From Candidatus Sericytochromatia bacterium (GTDB lineage Bacteria; Cyanobacteriota; Sericytochromatia; S15B-MN24; UBA4093): a stretch of 64,000 nucleotides of DNA. Made by a program: the position numbers and the translations under genes. Under the pieces are notes generated by a model. It did no database searches and had not been told where the DNA came from. It saw nothing but the letters and a program-made list of their open reading frames with translations. The stretch is from the NCBI GenBank assembly GCA_036676985.1, contig JAKFBU010000030.1, positions 32,001 to 96,000 of the forward strand, given 5' to 3'. Positions 35,517-44,748 of this stretch are shown here, in pieces. How positions within the stretch are numbered: the stretch's first letter is position 1; every line of letters starts with the position of its first letter.

Positions 35517-36704
35517 TTACTTGAAGCTCTGGACCAACGCTGACATCACCAGATGCCAGCCGTTGGCGAGCGTGAAGACCAGGAGCTTGAACGCGTTCGA
35601 GATCATCTGGGGTGGCAAGGAGCTCATACCCAGTGCCAACAGGACGTTCGAGACCACCAGGTCGATGACGATGAACGGGATGTAGATGATGAAGCCGATC
35701 TTGAAGGCTGTTGTCAGCTCGCTGACCATGAAGGCCGGGATGACGACGTGCAGGGGCACGTCGGCCGCGGTGTTCGGCGCGGGCGTCCGCGAGAGGCGCA
35801 CGAAGAACGCGAGCTCCTGCTGGGCCGTCTGGCGGATCATGAACTCCTTGAGGGGCGCCTGGGCCCGGTCCATCATGACCTGCTGGGAGACCTGCCGGGC
35901 GAAGTAGGGCTGCAGGGCCGACTTGTCGATGGACTCCCACACGGGCGCCATGGTGTACATGGAGAGGAACAGGGCGAGGCCCAGCATCACCGGGTTGGGC
36001 GGGATGCTCTGGGTGCCCAGAGCCTGGCGCAGGAAGCCCAGGACGATGATCGTCCGCATGAAGGACGTCGTCATGATGACCAGGAACGGCAGCACCGTGA
36101 GCGACGCCAAGAGGAAGATGAGGCCGACCGAGGTGGTCATGTTGGGCGCGTTCAGGGGCTCGCGCAGGTCGAAGGACGTGAAGGGGTTAGCGGGCATCCC
36201 CTGGGCTGCGGCGGGCAGCGCGAACAGGGCGCCCATGGCAACGGCCATGAGCCCGAGACCCAGGGCCTGACGCCACCAGGGGCGCTTGCCCTCGTGCGGC
36301 TCGGCGCTTTCGACCATCTGCGCGAAGTCGGGCGCCGCGTCCTCCGCCGAGAGCTCGGCGATGGACTGGAAGCTTGCGTCGGTCATGCCCACCAGGAAGT
36401 TACGCTGGCCCACGTTCACGACCATGAGCGCGCGCTTGTGGTCGATGTTCAGGCGATCGAGCACCTTGATGCCCTTGGATCGCGCGCTGAAGCCGGGGAT
36501 CTGGCCGTTGCGCGTCAGCCGCAGGGCGACGTAGCCGAGGCCGAGCATCAGGAGCGTGACGATGAGGAGCTGGATCATGTAGGGCCCGATGCCGAGGTCC
36601 GCCGAGGGCAGGGCCTGCGGGGCGGCGAGGCTCGAGGTCGCGAGCGCCTCCTGAAAGGACGAGGTCGCCGTGAGCAGCGACATGCTGGTGGTGCTGGTGT
36701 CCAT
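35517..36704 (-). CDS. fliP: FliO-FliP fusion protein
   Basis: Start ATG 36704; N-part FliO-like (TM plus IKVLDRLNIDHKRALMVVNVG..FLVG); C-part FliP (TSFMR, ALGTQSIPPN, PAFMVSEL, IDLVVS); no stop between the parts. Confidence 0.85.
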   Translation of the reverse strand: MDTSTTSMSLLTATSSFQEALATSSLAAPQALPSADLGIGPYMIQLLIVTLLMLGLGYVALRLTRNGQIPGFSARSKGIKVLDRLNIDHKRALMVVNVGQRNFLVGMTDASFQSIAELSAEDAAPDFAQMVESAEPHEGKRPWWRQALGLGLMAVAMGALFALPAAAQGMPANPFTSFDLREPLNAPNMTTSVGLIFLLASLTVLPFLVIMTTSFMRTIIVLGFLRQALGTQSIPPNPVMLGLALFLSMYTMAPVWESIDKSALQPYFARQVSQQVMMDRAQAPLKEFMIRQTAQQELAFFVRLSRTPAPNTAADVPLHVVIPAFMVSELTTAFKIGFIIYIPFIVIDLVVSNVLLALGMSSLPPQMISNAFKLLVFTLANGWHLVMSALVQSFK

Positions 36705-36706
36705 CG

Positions 36707-37048
36707 TTACCCCATCGTGCTCGACAGCTCGCTCTGGAAGATCTTGGTGATCTTGATGCCAAAGTTGGAGCCGATCACAACCACTTCGCCCTGGGCGACG
36801 ATCTTGCCCGCGGCGATCACGTTGACGGGCTCGCCCGCGAGCTGGTCGAGCTCGATGACAGAGCCTTCCATCATCTGCATGACCTGCTTGAGCGGCAGGC
36901 TGGTGCGTCCCAGCTCCACCGAGACCTGCAGGCGGATGTCGCGCAGGAGGTCGAGGCTGCCTCGGACGTTGGTGTCCCCGAAGCCTCCGCCCGTCAAGGG
37001 GCCGAACTTGACGGCGTTGTAGCCTTGGCGTTGGTCTTGCCAGTCCAT
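36707..37048 (-). CDS. fliN: Flagellar motor switch protein FliN
   Basis: DIRLQVSVELGR, GSVIELDQLAGEP, GEVVV, FGIKI. Confidence 0.92.
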   Translation of the reverse strand: MDWQDQRQGYNAVKFGPLTGGGFGDTNVRGSLDLLRDIRLQVSVELGRTSLPLKQVMQMMEGSVIELDQLAGEPVNVIAAGKIVAQGEVVVIGSNFGIKITKIFQSELSSTMG

Positions 37049-37054
37049 GCGACC

Positions 37055-38440
37055 TTACCTCCCGAGGTTCTGCGTGGCGTCCGCGCTGAGGCGGAGTACC
37101 TTGATGGCCTTGTGGTCCTCGATCATGACGGCCCGACCCTTGCCGACGGGCTTCCCGTTGATGCACAGCGTGACGCTGTTGTCCTTGGGACGCGGCAGCT
37201 CGAGGATGGAGCCCTCGGCCATGGTCAGCCATTCGGTCAGGGGCAACTCCGTGCTGCCGAGCTGCGCGCTGACCTGGACGTAGACGTTGGAGAGCTGCCC
37301 CATGGCGCTGTCGAAGGAGACGTCGAAGTCCGGCCGCCGCGCCGAGATGACGTTCGCCACCGCGGGCTCCTGGTCCGGTTCGTCCGAGTGGTCCTCCTGG
37401 ACGGCAGCGGCGAGGGTGCTCGCCGGCTCGACCGGATCCAGGAAGCCCAGCTGGCGCGCGAGGTCGTTCAGCTGATTCTGGAAGCTCTGGGCGATCTGCT
37501 CGGTCTCATGGCCGATGGACGCGAAGTCGAACTCGGGCTCGGGCGTCTTGGGCAGCTCGGGGATCTTGATCTTCATGTCGGGTTCGCGCTCTTCGGGGCG
37601 CGGATCCGAGAAGCTGACCGTGAAGTCGGCCTTGCCGAGGAAGAGCGTCGAGAAGGCCACGAGCCAGCCCGCGGTGGAGACGGCGTTGGTGAAGGCGAGG
37701 TTCGGGTCGGCGACCACGCCGAGTGCTGTCAGCATGGCCTGCAGCGAGGGCGCCACCGAGGCTGCGCCCGCGAAGAGCTTGTGCGCGACCCAGATGCCCG
37801 CCGCCCCGAACCAGAAGCCGAGACTCATGCCGTAGAAGTAGCCGATGGTCATGCGCCAGAAGGCCCAGCCCGAGCTGCCGCCGAAGGGCTCCTGACGAGG
37901 GTCGAAGGCCTCCTGGCGCAGGGCGGCGAAGCCGAAGCCGGCGATCGCGAACACCACCGCGTACCCGAGCGCTCCCCACAGGGATCCGCCGAGGAAGTTC
38001 GCCTGCAAGAGGAAGTCCGAGACCTTGGGCAGCTGGTCGAGGTTCACCTCGATGGGCGTGCCCAGGAGCATCCGCGCCACCACCCGCAGCCAGCGCGCGG
38101 GGCTCTCCATGCCGTTCGGCGAGAGCATCAGGGAGTAGCCCGCCCCCGAGCCCCACAGGTTCACGAGCGTGAAGGGCAGGATCAAGGCCGCCACCACGGC
38201 GCCGCGCCAGTAGGGCATCGGCTTGATGACGACCTTGGGGATCGAGGAGCGGCAGAAGAAGTGGTAGCCCACGCTCACGGCGAAGCTCAACAGGCCGAAG
38301 GCCGCGAACACGAGCAGGACCGGGCTCAGGCCCGTCCCCGACCGGAGGGCGAAGATGAGGAACATGAGCAAGGGAGCGATCCCCAGCCAGAGGGGGATCG
38401 CCTGGGGGCGCAGGAGCTTGGCGCGTTCCTTGGCGGTCAC
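37055..38440 (-). CDS. Polytopic membrane protein with C-terminal FliM/FliN (SpoA) domain
   Basis: Several hydrophobic segments in the N-terminal ~270 aa; C-terminal VQVSAQLG..EGSILEL..INGKPVGKG..AIKV. Confidence 0.75.
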   Translation of the reverse strand: MTAKERAKLLRPQAIPLWLGIAPLLMFLIFALRSGTGLSPVLLVFAAFGLLSFAVSVGYHFFCRSSIPKVVIKPMPYWRGAVVAALILPFTLVNLWGSGAGYSLMLSPNGMESPARWLRVVARMLLGTPIEVNLDQLPKVSDFLLQANFLGGSLWGALGYAVVFAIAGFGFAALRQEAFDPRQEPFGGSSGWAFWRMTIGYFYGMSLGFWFGAAGIWVAHKLFAGAASVAPSLQAMLTALGVVADPNLAFTNAVSTAGWLVAFSTLFLGKADFTVSFSDPRPEEREPDMKIKIPELPKTPEPEFDFASIGHETEQIAQSFQNQLNDLARQLGFLDPVEPASTLAAAVQEDHSDEPDQEPAVANVISARRPDFDVSFDSAMGQLSNVYVQVSAQLGSTELPLTEWLTMAEGSILELPRPKDNSVTLCINGKPVGKGRAVMIEDHKAIKVLRLSADATQNLGR

Positions 38441-38450
38441 GGCTCCCCCC

Positions 38451-39377
38451 TCAATCCGCGCCCAGGCGGACGATCTGGACCGCCTTGCGCAGGCCGTCGG
38501 CGCTGGTGCCGGGCTTGGCGAGGATGCGCGCGCCGCCGCCCAGCTGGACCATGAGCGGATCGGTGACGCCCTGCTCGAGGACGATCACGTCCTCCTCCTC
38601 GAGGCCCTGCAGCTCCGCGACGGTCATGGTGGTGGCGCCCAGGTAGGCGACGACCTGGGTCGGCGTGTCGCCCAGGTGGTGGAGCCGGGCGTCGATGTCC
38701 TCGCCGCCCGTCTGGACGAAGGTGTTCTCGGCGGCGACCCGCAGGCTGTCGGAGTAGGGCACCAGGTAGGGCTGCGGGATCGCGAACATGAGCCGGCCCA
38801 TGGGCTGGGAGGGGACGCTCACGCGGTAGGTGATGGCGGCCATGGGCGTGTTGGTGGCGAGGCCCATGAAGATCTCCTGGAGCTCGCCCAGGTCGGGCAT
38901 CTCCGGGAAGGTGCCGTGCTGGTTGTCGGCCTCGCTGAAGATGTCGGCCCACTGTTCGGTGAAGGTCTCGCTCATGCGGCGGACCACCTCGTCGGCCATG
39001 TCCAGGTGCTCGTCGCCGAACCGGCGGTTGGCGGCCACTCCCGTCAGGCTCTTGGCTGTCCCGTGATCGAGGAGGACGAACATGCCTCCGGGCTGCTCGG
39101 TGAACTGCAGGATGCCCCACAGCGCGCCCTGGCCGTACTTCTCCTGCAGGGTGGCGAAGGGGACGGTCTCGACGGAGACCACGCTCCAGTCGGCCGCAGG
39201 CAGGCTGACGCCGGGGGCGCCACCCTCCTCGTCCTCGTCCTCGTCGTCCTCCTCGCCCTGCCCGTAGGTCCGAAGCGCGTCGGCCATCTGGGATCCGAGG
39301 TGGTAGAGGGCCCGGTAAAGGTAGGTGTCGCCCTGCGGCGCCTGGTTCATGATCAGCGAATTCAGCTCTTCGCTCAT
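38451..39377 (-). CDS. FliM/FliY-like C-ring protein
   Basis: Middle CheC-like region and C-terminal SpoA (VVAYLG..EEDVIVL..KPG..AVQI); operon context. Confidence 0.7.
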   Translation of the reverse strand: MSEELNSLIMNQAPQGDTYLYRALYHLGSQMADALRTYGQGEEDDEDEDEEGGAPGVSLPAADWSVVSVETVPFATLQEKYGQGALWGILQFTEQPGGMFVLLDHGTAKSLTGVAANRRFGDEHLDMADEVVRRMSETFTEQWADIFSEADNQHGTFPEMPDLGELQEIFMGLATNTPMAAITYRVSVPSQPMGRLMFAIPQPYLVPYSDSLRVAAENTFVQTGGEDIDARLHHLGDTPTQVVAYLGATTMTVAELQGLEEEDVIVLEQGVTDPLMVQLGGGARILAKPGTSADGLRKAVQIVRLGAD

Positions 39378-39519
39378 ACCGCCTAGGGTACCAGTTTCCC
39401 AAGAATTGCGCCAGATGCGGCTTTTCGCCCTCTTTTACCCCTCTGCGGCAGGGGCCGAGAGGGGAGGGCAGAACGGGACAGGCCCGGGTTCGCCCCGGGC
39501 CCGTCGAACGCCTCAGGCG

Positions 39520-40683
39520 TTACCGGATGAGCTGGTTGACGTCGTCGATCAGGGTGTTGCCGACCGAGACGATCTTGACGTTGGCCGTGAAGCTCTTCTG
39601 GGCGATCGTGAGCTCCGGCAGGGCCGTGTTGACCGAGGAGTTGGAGGTCTCCAGGGAGCCCGCCGAGATCTCGTTGGACGAGCCCACCGTCCGGTTGCCG
39701 ATGGCGGGGTTGGTGTCCGTGACGCCCGCGACGCCCATGAAGGTGGGGCCGGCCGTGGCCGCCCACTGGAACTGGGAGCCGTCTCCGCGCAGGAGGCCGT
39801 CCGGGGTCGCGAAGGAGGCGACGCTCACGTACTTGTTGACCTTGCCGACGTTGGCGAGGCCGCCTGCGCCCAGGACGATCCGGCCGCTGGTCTCGAAGTC
39901 GTTGGTCGAGTCCGGCACGTCCAGGGTTCCCGTGTGCAGGAGCTGGCCGTTGCGGTTGAAGCTGAAGCGACCGATGAGGTCGGCGTTCAGGTTGAAGGGC
40001 GAGTTGGGATCCGTGTCCTTGATGAAGGGGAAGGAGAAGGGCTTCATGTCGAGCCGGTTCTGGAGGGCCCCGATGTCGCCGCCGGGCGTGCTCGCCTCGT
40101 TGGGCGGGATGCTCGTGCCAGGGATGCCCGCCACCTGGGGAGGCGTGTAGCCGCCGGTGACGCCCAGCACGTAGAAGCCGTCCTGGTTGACCAGGCGCAG
40201 GACGCCGGACTGCACGCCGCGGGCGTTGAGGTCGTCCCGCTGCTGCGGCGTCAGGTTGCTGGTGTCGAGGATGCTCGTGTCGGGCTCGAGGTCGAAGGTG
40301 AAGGAGCCGTTCCGGGTGAAGACTAGGTCGTTCATGCTGGTGGGGTTCTTGACCCGCGACATGACGAAGAAGCCGTTGCCCGTGAGCGCCAGGTCCGTGG
40401 GGCGCTGCGTGCCCTGGAGGGCGCCCTGGCTGAAGTCGGTGCGGGTCGCCTTGATGGCCGTGCCGCCCACCGAGAACTGGATGGGGTTGATGGACCCGTA
40501 ATTGGTGGAGCCGCCCGTCGCGGGCGAGCCGGCAGACAGCTGGGTGGTGAGCACGTCCTCGAAGAGGACCTTGGTCTGACGGAAGCCCGTGACGTTGGAG
40601 CCTGTCAGGTTGCCCGCGAGAGCCTTGAGCCAGTTATCGATCGCGCCGATGCTGTTCTGCGCCGTGATCCGAACGTCCGACAT
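39520..40683 (-). CDS. flgE: Flagellar hook/rod protein (FlgE/F/G family)
   Basis: FSQGALQGT..TDLALTGNGFF, TRNGSF, SLETSN, AQKSFTANVK; follows flgD. Confidence 0.8.
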   Translation of the reverse strand: MSDVRITAQNSIGAIDNWLKALAGNLTGSNVTGFRQTKVLFEDVLTTQLSAGSPATGGSTNYGSINPIQFSVGGTAIKATRTDFSQGALQGTQRPTDLALTGNGFFVMSRVKNPTSMNDLVFTRNGSFTFDLEPDTSILDTSNLTPQQRDDLNARGVQSGVLRLVNQDGFYVLGVTGGYTPPQVAGIPGTSIPPNEASTPGGDIGALQNRLDMKPFSFPFIKDTDPNSPFNLNADLIGRFSFNRNGQLLHTGTLDVPDSTNDFETSGRIVLGAGGLANVGKVNKYVSVASFATPDGLLRGDGSQFQWAATAGPTFMGVAGVTDTNPAIGNRTVGSSNEISAGSLETSNSSVNTALPELTIAQKSFTANVKIVSVGNTLIDDVNQLIR

Positions 40684-40772
40684 GCCTTACCTCCTCTTGA
40701 GGACCCGCCACAACGGTTCAATCGACCGCGCTGGCGGCCACTAGGGGGATGCCTGGTTGGAATGGGGTAGGG

Positions 40773-41198
40773 CTAGGAGCCCACGTGGATGACGTCCATC
40801 AGCGAGTAGTACTCGCCGTTGACCTTGACGCGGGGGACGTCGGTGGAGAAGTCCACGGCCGTGACCGTGCCCGAGACGATCTGCGAGCCCTCCTCGCCGG
40901 GGACCGTGCGAGCCAGGCGGATTTCCTGGTTCATGAGGCCGGCGGCCAAGGACGAGTTCTGGTAGGCGCGCGAGGAGTTGTTGAGCTTGACCAGCCCGAT
41001 CGCCGCCTGCATCTGCGAGTACTGGGTGATCATCGCCGTGGGATCCATGGGGCTGTCGGGGGTCTGGTTCGAGATCTGCGCGATCAGGAGCTTGAGGAAG
41101 TCCATCTCCTGGCTCGCCGGATCGGCGTTCGAGGTCGAGGTCGTGCCTGCAGCAGTCGGGGGATTGTAGCTGATGCTCTGGACGCCATATATGGTCAT
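40773..41198 (-). CDS. flgD: Flagellar hook capping protein FlgD
   Basis: DFLKLLIAQISNQTPDSPMD; ATG 41198 after AAAGGAG. Confidence 0.85.
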   Translation of the reverse strand: MTIYGVQSISYNPPTAAGTTSTSNADPASQEMDFLKLLIAQISNQTPDSPMDPTAMITQYSQMQAAIGLVKLNNSSRAYQNSSLAAGLMNQEIRLARTVPGEEGSQIVSGTVTAVDFSTDVPRVKVNGEYYSLMDVIHVGS

Positions 41199-41240
41199 TA
41201 GGCGCTCCTTTCCCGGGCATGGGGCCAACACCCTGGTATT

Positions 41241-41266
41241 GTACCCGTCAGGCGGATCGCTTAACC
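41241..41266 (-). promoter_or_regulatory. SigB/SigF-like promoter of the flgD operon
   Basis: Minus strand GGTTAA-N14-GGGTAC. Confidence 0.45.
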
Positions 41267-41369
41267 GTGAGGAAAGACACGTCTAATGAACCCGCGACCG
41301 ATTGTTTACATGCCCTTACGGCCTGCGCTAGGATGCGCGCGGCTGTATCCGAGCCGAAAGGAGGCAATC

Positions 41370-41624
41370 ATGAGCCTGCTGGCGTGGATCATCGTCGGGC
41401 TCGTCGCGGGCTGGCTGGCCACCCTGGTCATGCCGGGCGCGGGGGGCGGCATCCTCACGGACCTCATCGTGGGCATGGTGGGCGCCCTCTTGGGCGGCTT
41501 CCTCTTCAACCTGCTCGGGGCCCCCGGGGCCACGGGACTCAACCTCTGGAGCATCCTGGTCGCCTTCGTGGGGGCGGTCGTGCTGCTCTGGGTGGTCAAG
41601 GCCGTCCAGGCCAGACGCGTCTGA
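41370..41624 (+). CDS. GlsB/YeaQ/YmgE stress-response membrane protein
   Basis: WIIVGLVAGWLA, GMVGALLGG, SILVAFVGAV; RBS AAGGAGG. Confidence 0.9.
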   Translation: MSLLAWIIVGLVAGWLATLVMPGAGGGILTDLIVGMVGALLGGFLFNLLGAPGATGLNLWSILVAFVGAVVLLWVVKAVQARRV

Positions 41625-41626
41625 CG

Positions 41627-41660
41627 AAAGGGGGCCGGCAGTGCCGGCCCCCTCTCGTTT
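41627..41660. terminator. Terminator between convergent genes
   Basis: GGGGGCCGGCA-G-TGCCGGCCCCC hairpin. Confidence 0.65.
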
Positions 41661-42522
41661 ATTGGGCTCGCCGCTTGGTGGCGAAGAAGTCGTAGATGAG
41701 GCCCTCGTGGATGGTGTTCTCCGTGTGGCCCAGCCCCTGGAAGAGCTTGAAGACGTGGTCGAGGCCCAGTGACTGCAAGCGGTTGCGCAAGAGCGTCGCA
41801 TGGGTGGGGGGCACGTACTGATCGGCGTCCCCGTGCTCGATGTAGACCGGGATGCCCTGGAGCTCCCCGGCCCGGGCGACGAGGTCCGTGCGCGTCACGT
41901 CCGTCTCGGAGAGCGTCCCGCCGTAGGCCGCGTCGATGGAGCTCGCGTACATGCCGTCCTTGGCCGTGCGCATGTCCTGGAGGTTGCTCCAGCCCTGCGA
42001 GGTCGCGACCGCGGCGGGCTCGTTGGGGGTGCCCTTGGCCGCCATGGCGGCCAAGAGGGCCGTACCCCCGCCCATGCTGAAGCCCACGTAGTAGAGGCGG
42101 GTCGGATCCGCCTGGTACTTGTCGCGCAGGTGCGCCATCAGCTGGGCGTGCAGGGCGATCGCCCGCTCGTTGCCCCAGTGGTCGCCGCCCAGATCCGCGC
42201 TCGCGAGCACCCAGCCCGGCGGCGCCAGGCGAGGGAAGCGGGTGAGCTTGGTCAGTTGCTGGGCCGTTTGCTGGTAGGAGTGGAAGTAGACGAGGGTGGG
42301 ATACCGCTCGCTCGAGCCCTTCTTGAAGCCTTCCGGCAGGACGATCGTCGCCCGTTGCTCTCCGACCGTCTCGTCGATCACCGTCCCCGCGGCAAGCGGG
42401 GCCGGGGTGGGCGTGGGCGTCGGCTGTGCATAGCGGGCGGGATCTCCGCCGTCCGGGGTCGCGGGTCCCGGGTTACAGCCCGCCAGCATCCCCATGGCCA
42501 CCACCGTGAGCGCTCGGCGCAT
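41659..42522 (-). CDS. Lipoprotein alpha/beta hydrolase (esterase/peptidase S9-like)
   Basis: LAGC lipobox, GFSMGG nucleophile elbow, HGDADQYV, GLGH. Confidence 0.85.
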   Translation of the reverse strand: MRRALTVVAMGMLAGCNPGPATPDGGDPARYAQPTPTPTPAPLAAGTVIDETVGEQRATIVLPEGFKKGSSERYPTLVYFHSYQQTAQQLTKLTRFPRLAPPGWVLASADLGGDHWGNERAIALHAQLMAHLRDKYQADPTRLYYVGFSMGGGTALLAAMAAKGTPNEPAAVATSQGWSNLQDMRTAKDGMYASSIDAAYGGTLSETDVTRTDLVARAGELQGIPVYIEHGDADQYVPPTHATLLRNRLQSLGLDHVFKLFQGLGHTENTIHEGLIYDFFATKRRAQ

Positions 42523-42652
42523 GCTTCCTCCTTTTGAGACACCATGCCAGAGCATAGAAGAGGAAGTCCGCGAAGCCTTGCCCGAAAGGGACAGTTTCGC
42601 TCGGCCAGCCGTAACTTGCTAGAATGGTGGGCTAGCGATCGAAAGGACCACC

Positions 42653-43054
42653 ATGAATCGCCTCTTGTTGCCGATCCTGACCGCCGCCCTCCTCGTGACG
42701 GGCTGCAAGCGCCATGAGCCGCCCAAGACCGAAGATCTGCTCTACGTCTCCGAGATCGTAGCCCCTCCGATGGCCACGGCCGGCGAGTACTTCCAGGTCG
42801 AGATCGTGGGCAACAAGCCCGACCCGGCCTGGGTCTGGAGCCGCAACGAGATCGCCACCCGGAGCGGCGTCGTCATCCTCTCGGTCTACGGGGTGCGCAA
42901 CCCCGACACGGTGGCCGCGCAGGTGCTGACCGAGTACCGGGCGCCCCAGCGGATCCGCAAGCTCAAGCCCGGATCGCTCACGATCGTAGCCAAGGGCAAG
43001 AACGGCGAAATCACGCGCACCGTCCAGGTGGCGAGCCCCACGGCCACCCCCTGA
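42653..43054 (+). CDS. Hypothetical lipoprotein
   Basis: LVTGC lipobox. Confidence 0.7.
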   Translation: MNRLLLPILTAALLVTGCKRHEPPKTEDLLYVSEIVAPPMATAGEYFQVEIVGNKPDPAWVWSRNEIATRSGVVILSVYGVRNPDTVAAQVLTEYRAPQRIRKLKPGSLTIVAKGKNGEITRTVQVASPTATP

Positions 43055-43161
43055 TGACACCTAATGAACACGTTAACGCTTTGGCCGAAGCTTAACGTCA
43101 GGATGAAGGAAGCACAACCTATAAACAGGTAGGTACACCGATCCACGTTTGCGGAGGCCGT

Positions 43162-44709
43162 ATGCGGAACATCACTGCGATTCGAAAGGGGCTCCTTCCC
43201 CTCATCGCTGCCAGCCTGGTTCTGACGGGCTGTGGCCGCTCGCCGAGCATCGTGGACACCCCGCGCACCACCACCTCGACCAACACCAACATGCTCGGCC
43301 AGCGCCCGGCGCTTCCGGCGGGCGTGGTGCCCCTGGCGATCCAGGTCACCCCCACCAACGCGCAGATCCCGGTCGGCGATCAGCGCCGCTTCGAGGTGAG
43401 CGTCCAGGGCAGCAACGGTCAGACCTACACCGATCCCCGGCTCGTGACCTGGTCGCTCGGCGATCCGCAGGCGGGGACCATCGATGACCAGGGCGTCTTC
43501 ACGCCGCAGTCGCAGCGCGTGACCACCGTCCGCGCCTCCTTGATGGACAAGACCGTCGAGGCCCAGATCACCATCGTGCCCGCGACCTACACCTGGCAGC
43601 AGGTTCAGAGCCCCACCAACGCCGACCTCTACGGCGTGAAGATGGTCTCCACCAAGGAGGCCTGGGCGGCCGGCGCCAACGGGACGGTCATGCACTTCCT
43701 CAACGGCACCTGGCAGGTGATGAACTACCCCATCCCGACCAGCTACACCTGGCGGTCGGTGGACTTCGCCAACCCCGGCAACGGCTGGATGGTGGGTCAT
43801 CAGGGCGCTGACGTCGAGGGCTCGACCCCCGCGGTCGCCATGGCCTTCCGCAACGGCATGTGGTACCCCACGCCGACCAACGTCAACGGCGCGCTGCTCG
43901 GCGTCTCGACCGTCGCCGAGAACAACGCCTGGGCGGTGGGTCGCGATGCCAGCGGCAAGTCCCTCATCCTCCAGTGGAACGGCTCGAGCTGGGTGCGCAA
44001 CTCCAGCTACAGCGGCAAGGGCCAGCTGAACGCCATCCAGATGCTCGGCGGTTCGGACGGCTGGGCGGTCGGCAAGGAGGGCGGCGACGCCCTGGTGCTG
44101 CACTGGGACGGCAAGTCCTGGAGCAAGATCTCGCTGCCGCCCTTCTTCGGAACGCTGTCGAGCTCGGAGCTCCTGGGCCTGCAGATGCTGAACGGTCAGC
44201 AGGGCTACGCGGTCGGCAAGAAGGTCGACGCCCTGGGCGTCACCCACGGCCTGATGATGTACTACGACGGCCGCAGCAGCAACGTCATCAACTTCTCGAA
44301 CTGGAAGGAGAAGGACGGCGCTTCGGGCACCACCCGTTTCCTCGACCAGGTTCCCCTGCGCGGCATCGCGATGACCGACAGCAACAAGGGCTGGCTCCTC
44401 GGCTCGACCGTCACCCCGCGTCGCATCCAGGATCCCAGCTCGTGGTTCGGCGGCACCATCAACGACGTGTACGGCAACCTCATGAAGTTCAACGGCACCA
44501 GCTACGACGTGGACAGCAACTTCCAGAGCTACAGCCTCTCGCAGGACTTCATGGGTATCCACCTGCTGCCGGAAGGCGAAGGCGTCATCGTCGGTCGCAA
44601 GGGCTACCTGATGGTGCGGGCCTACGACTGGCGAGGGATGAACACCCAGAATCCCTACGCGCCGCAGCCGGGGTACACCAACACCCAGCCGCCGACGACC
44701 GGTTACTAA
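43162..44709 (+). CDS. Lipoprotein with Ig-like domain and Trp-rich beta-propeller-like repeats
   Basis: LTGC lipobox; IQVTP..VTWS..GTID Big_2-like segment; repeated WAVG / LxW(N/D)GxxW. Confidence 0.78.
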   Translation: MRNITAIRKGLLPLIAASLVLTGCGRSPSIVDTPRTTTSTNTNMLGQRPALPAGVVPLAIQVTPTNAQIPVGDQRRFEVSVQGSNGQTYTDPRLVTWSLGDPQAGTIDDQGVFTPQSQRVTTVRASLMDKTVEAQITIVPATYTWQQVQSPTNADLYGVKMVSTKEAWAAGANGTVMHFLNGTWQVMNYPIPTSYTWRSVDFANPGNGWMVGHQGADVEGSTPAVAMAFRNGMWYPTPTNVNGALLGVSTVAENNAWAVGRDASGKSLILQWNGSSWVRNSSYSGKGQLNAIQMLGGSDGWAVGKEGGDALVLHWDGKSWSKISLPPFFGTLSSSELLGLQMLNGQQGYAVGKKVDALGVTHGLMMYYDGRSSNVINFSNWKEKDGASGTTRFLDQVPLRGIAMTDSNKGWLLGSTVTPRRIQDPSSWFGGTINDVYGNLMKFNGTSYDVDSNFQSYSLSQDFMGIHLLPEGEGVIVGRKGYLMVRAYDWRGMNTQNPYAPQPGYTNTQPPTTGY

Positions 44710-44712
44710 TCC

Positions 44713-44748
44713 ACGCGAGCCCCCTTCGATGGCGAAGGGGGCTCGCGT
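44713..44748 (+). terminator. Strong hairpin, likely terminator
   Basis: ACGCGAGCCCCCTTCG-ATGG-CGAAGGGGGCTCGCGT. Confidence 0.65.

Noticed and set aside
36705-37232. Extension of the fliOP ORF to 571 aa
   Set aside because: Overlaps fliN in another frame with non-protein-like composition
42571-42620. CCCGAAAGGGAC resembling a c-di-GMP-I riboswitch tetraloop
   Set aside because: Lacks the GCAAAC and GCAAAG flanks and the P2 stem of the GEMM motif
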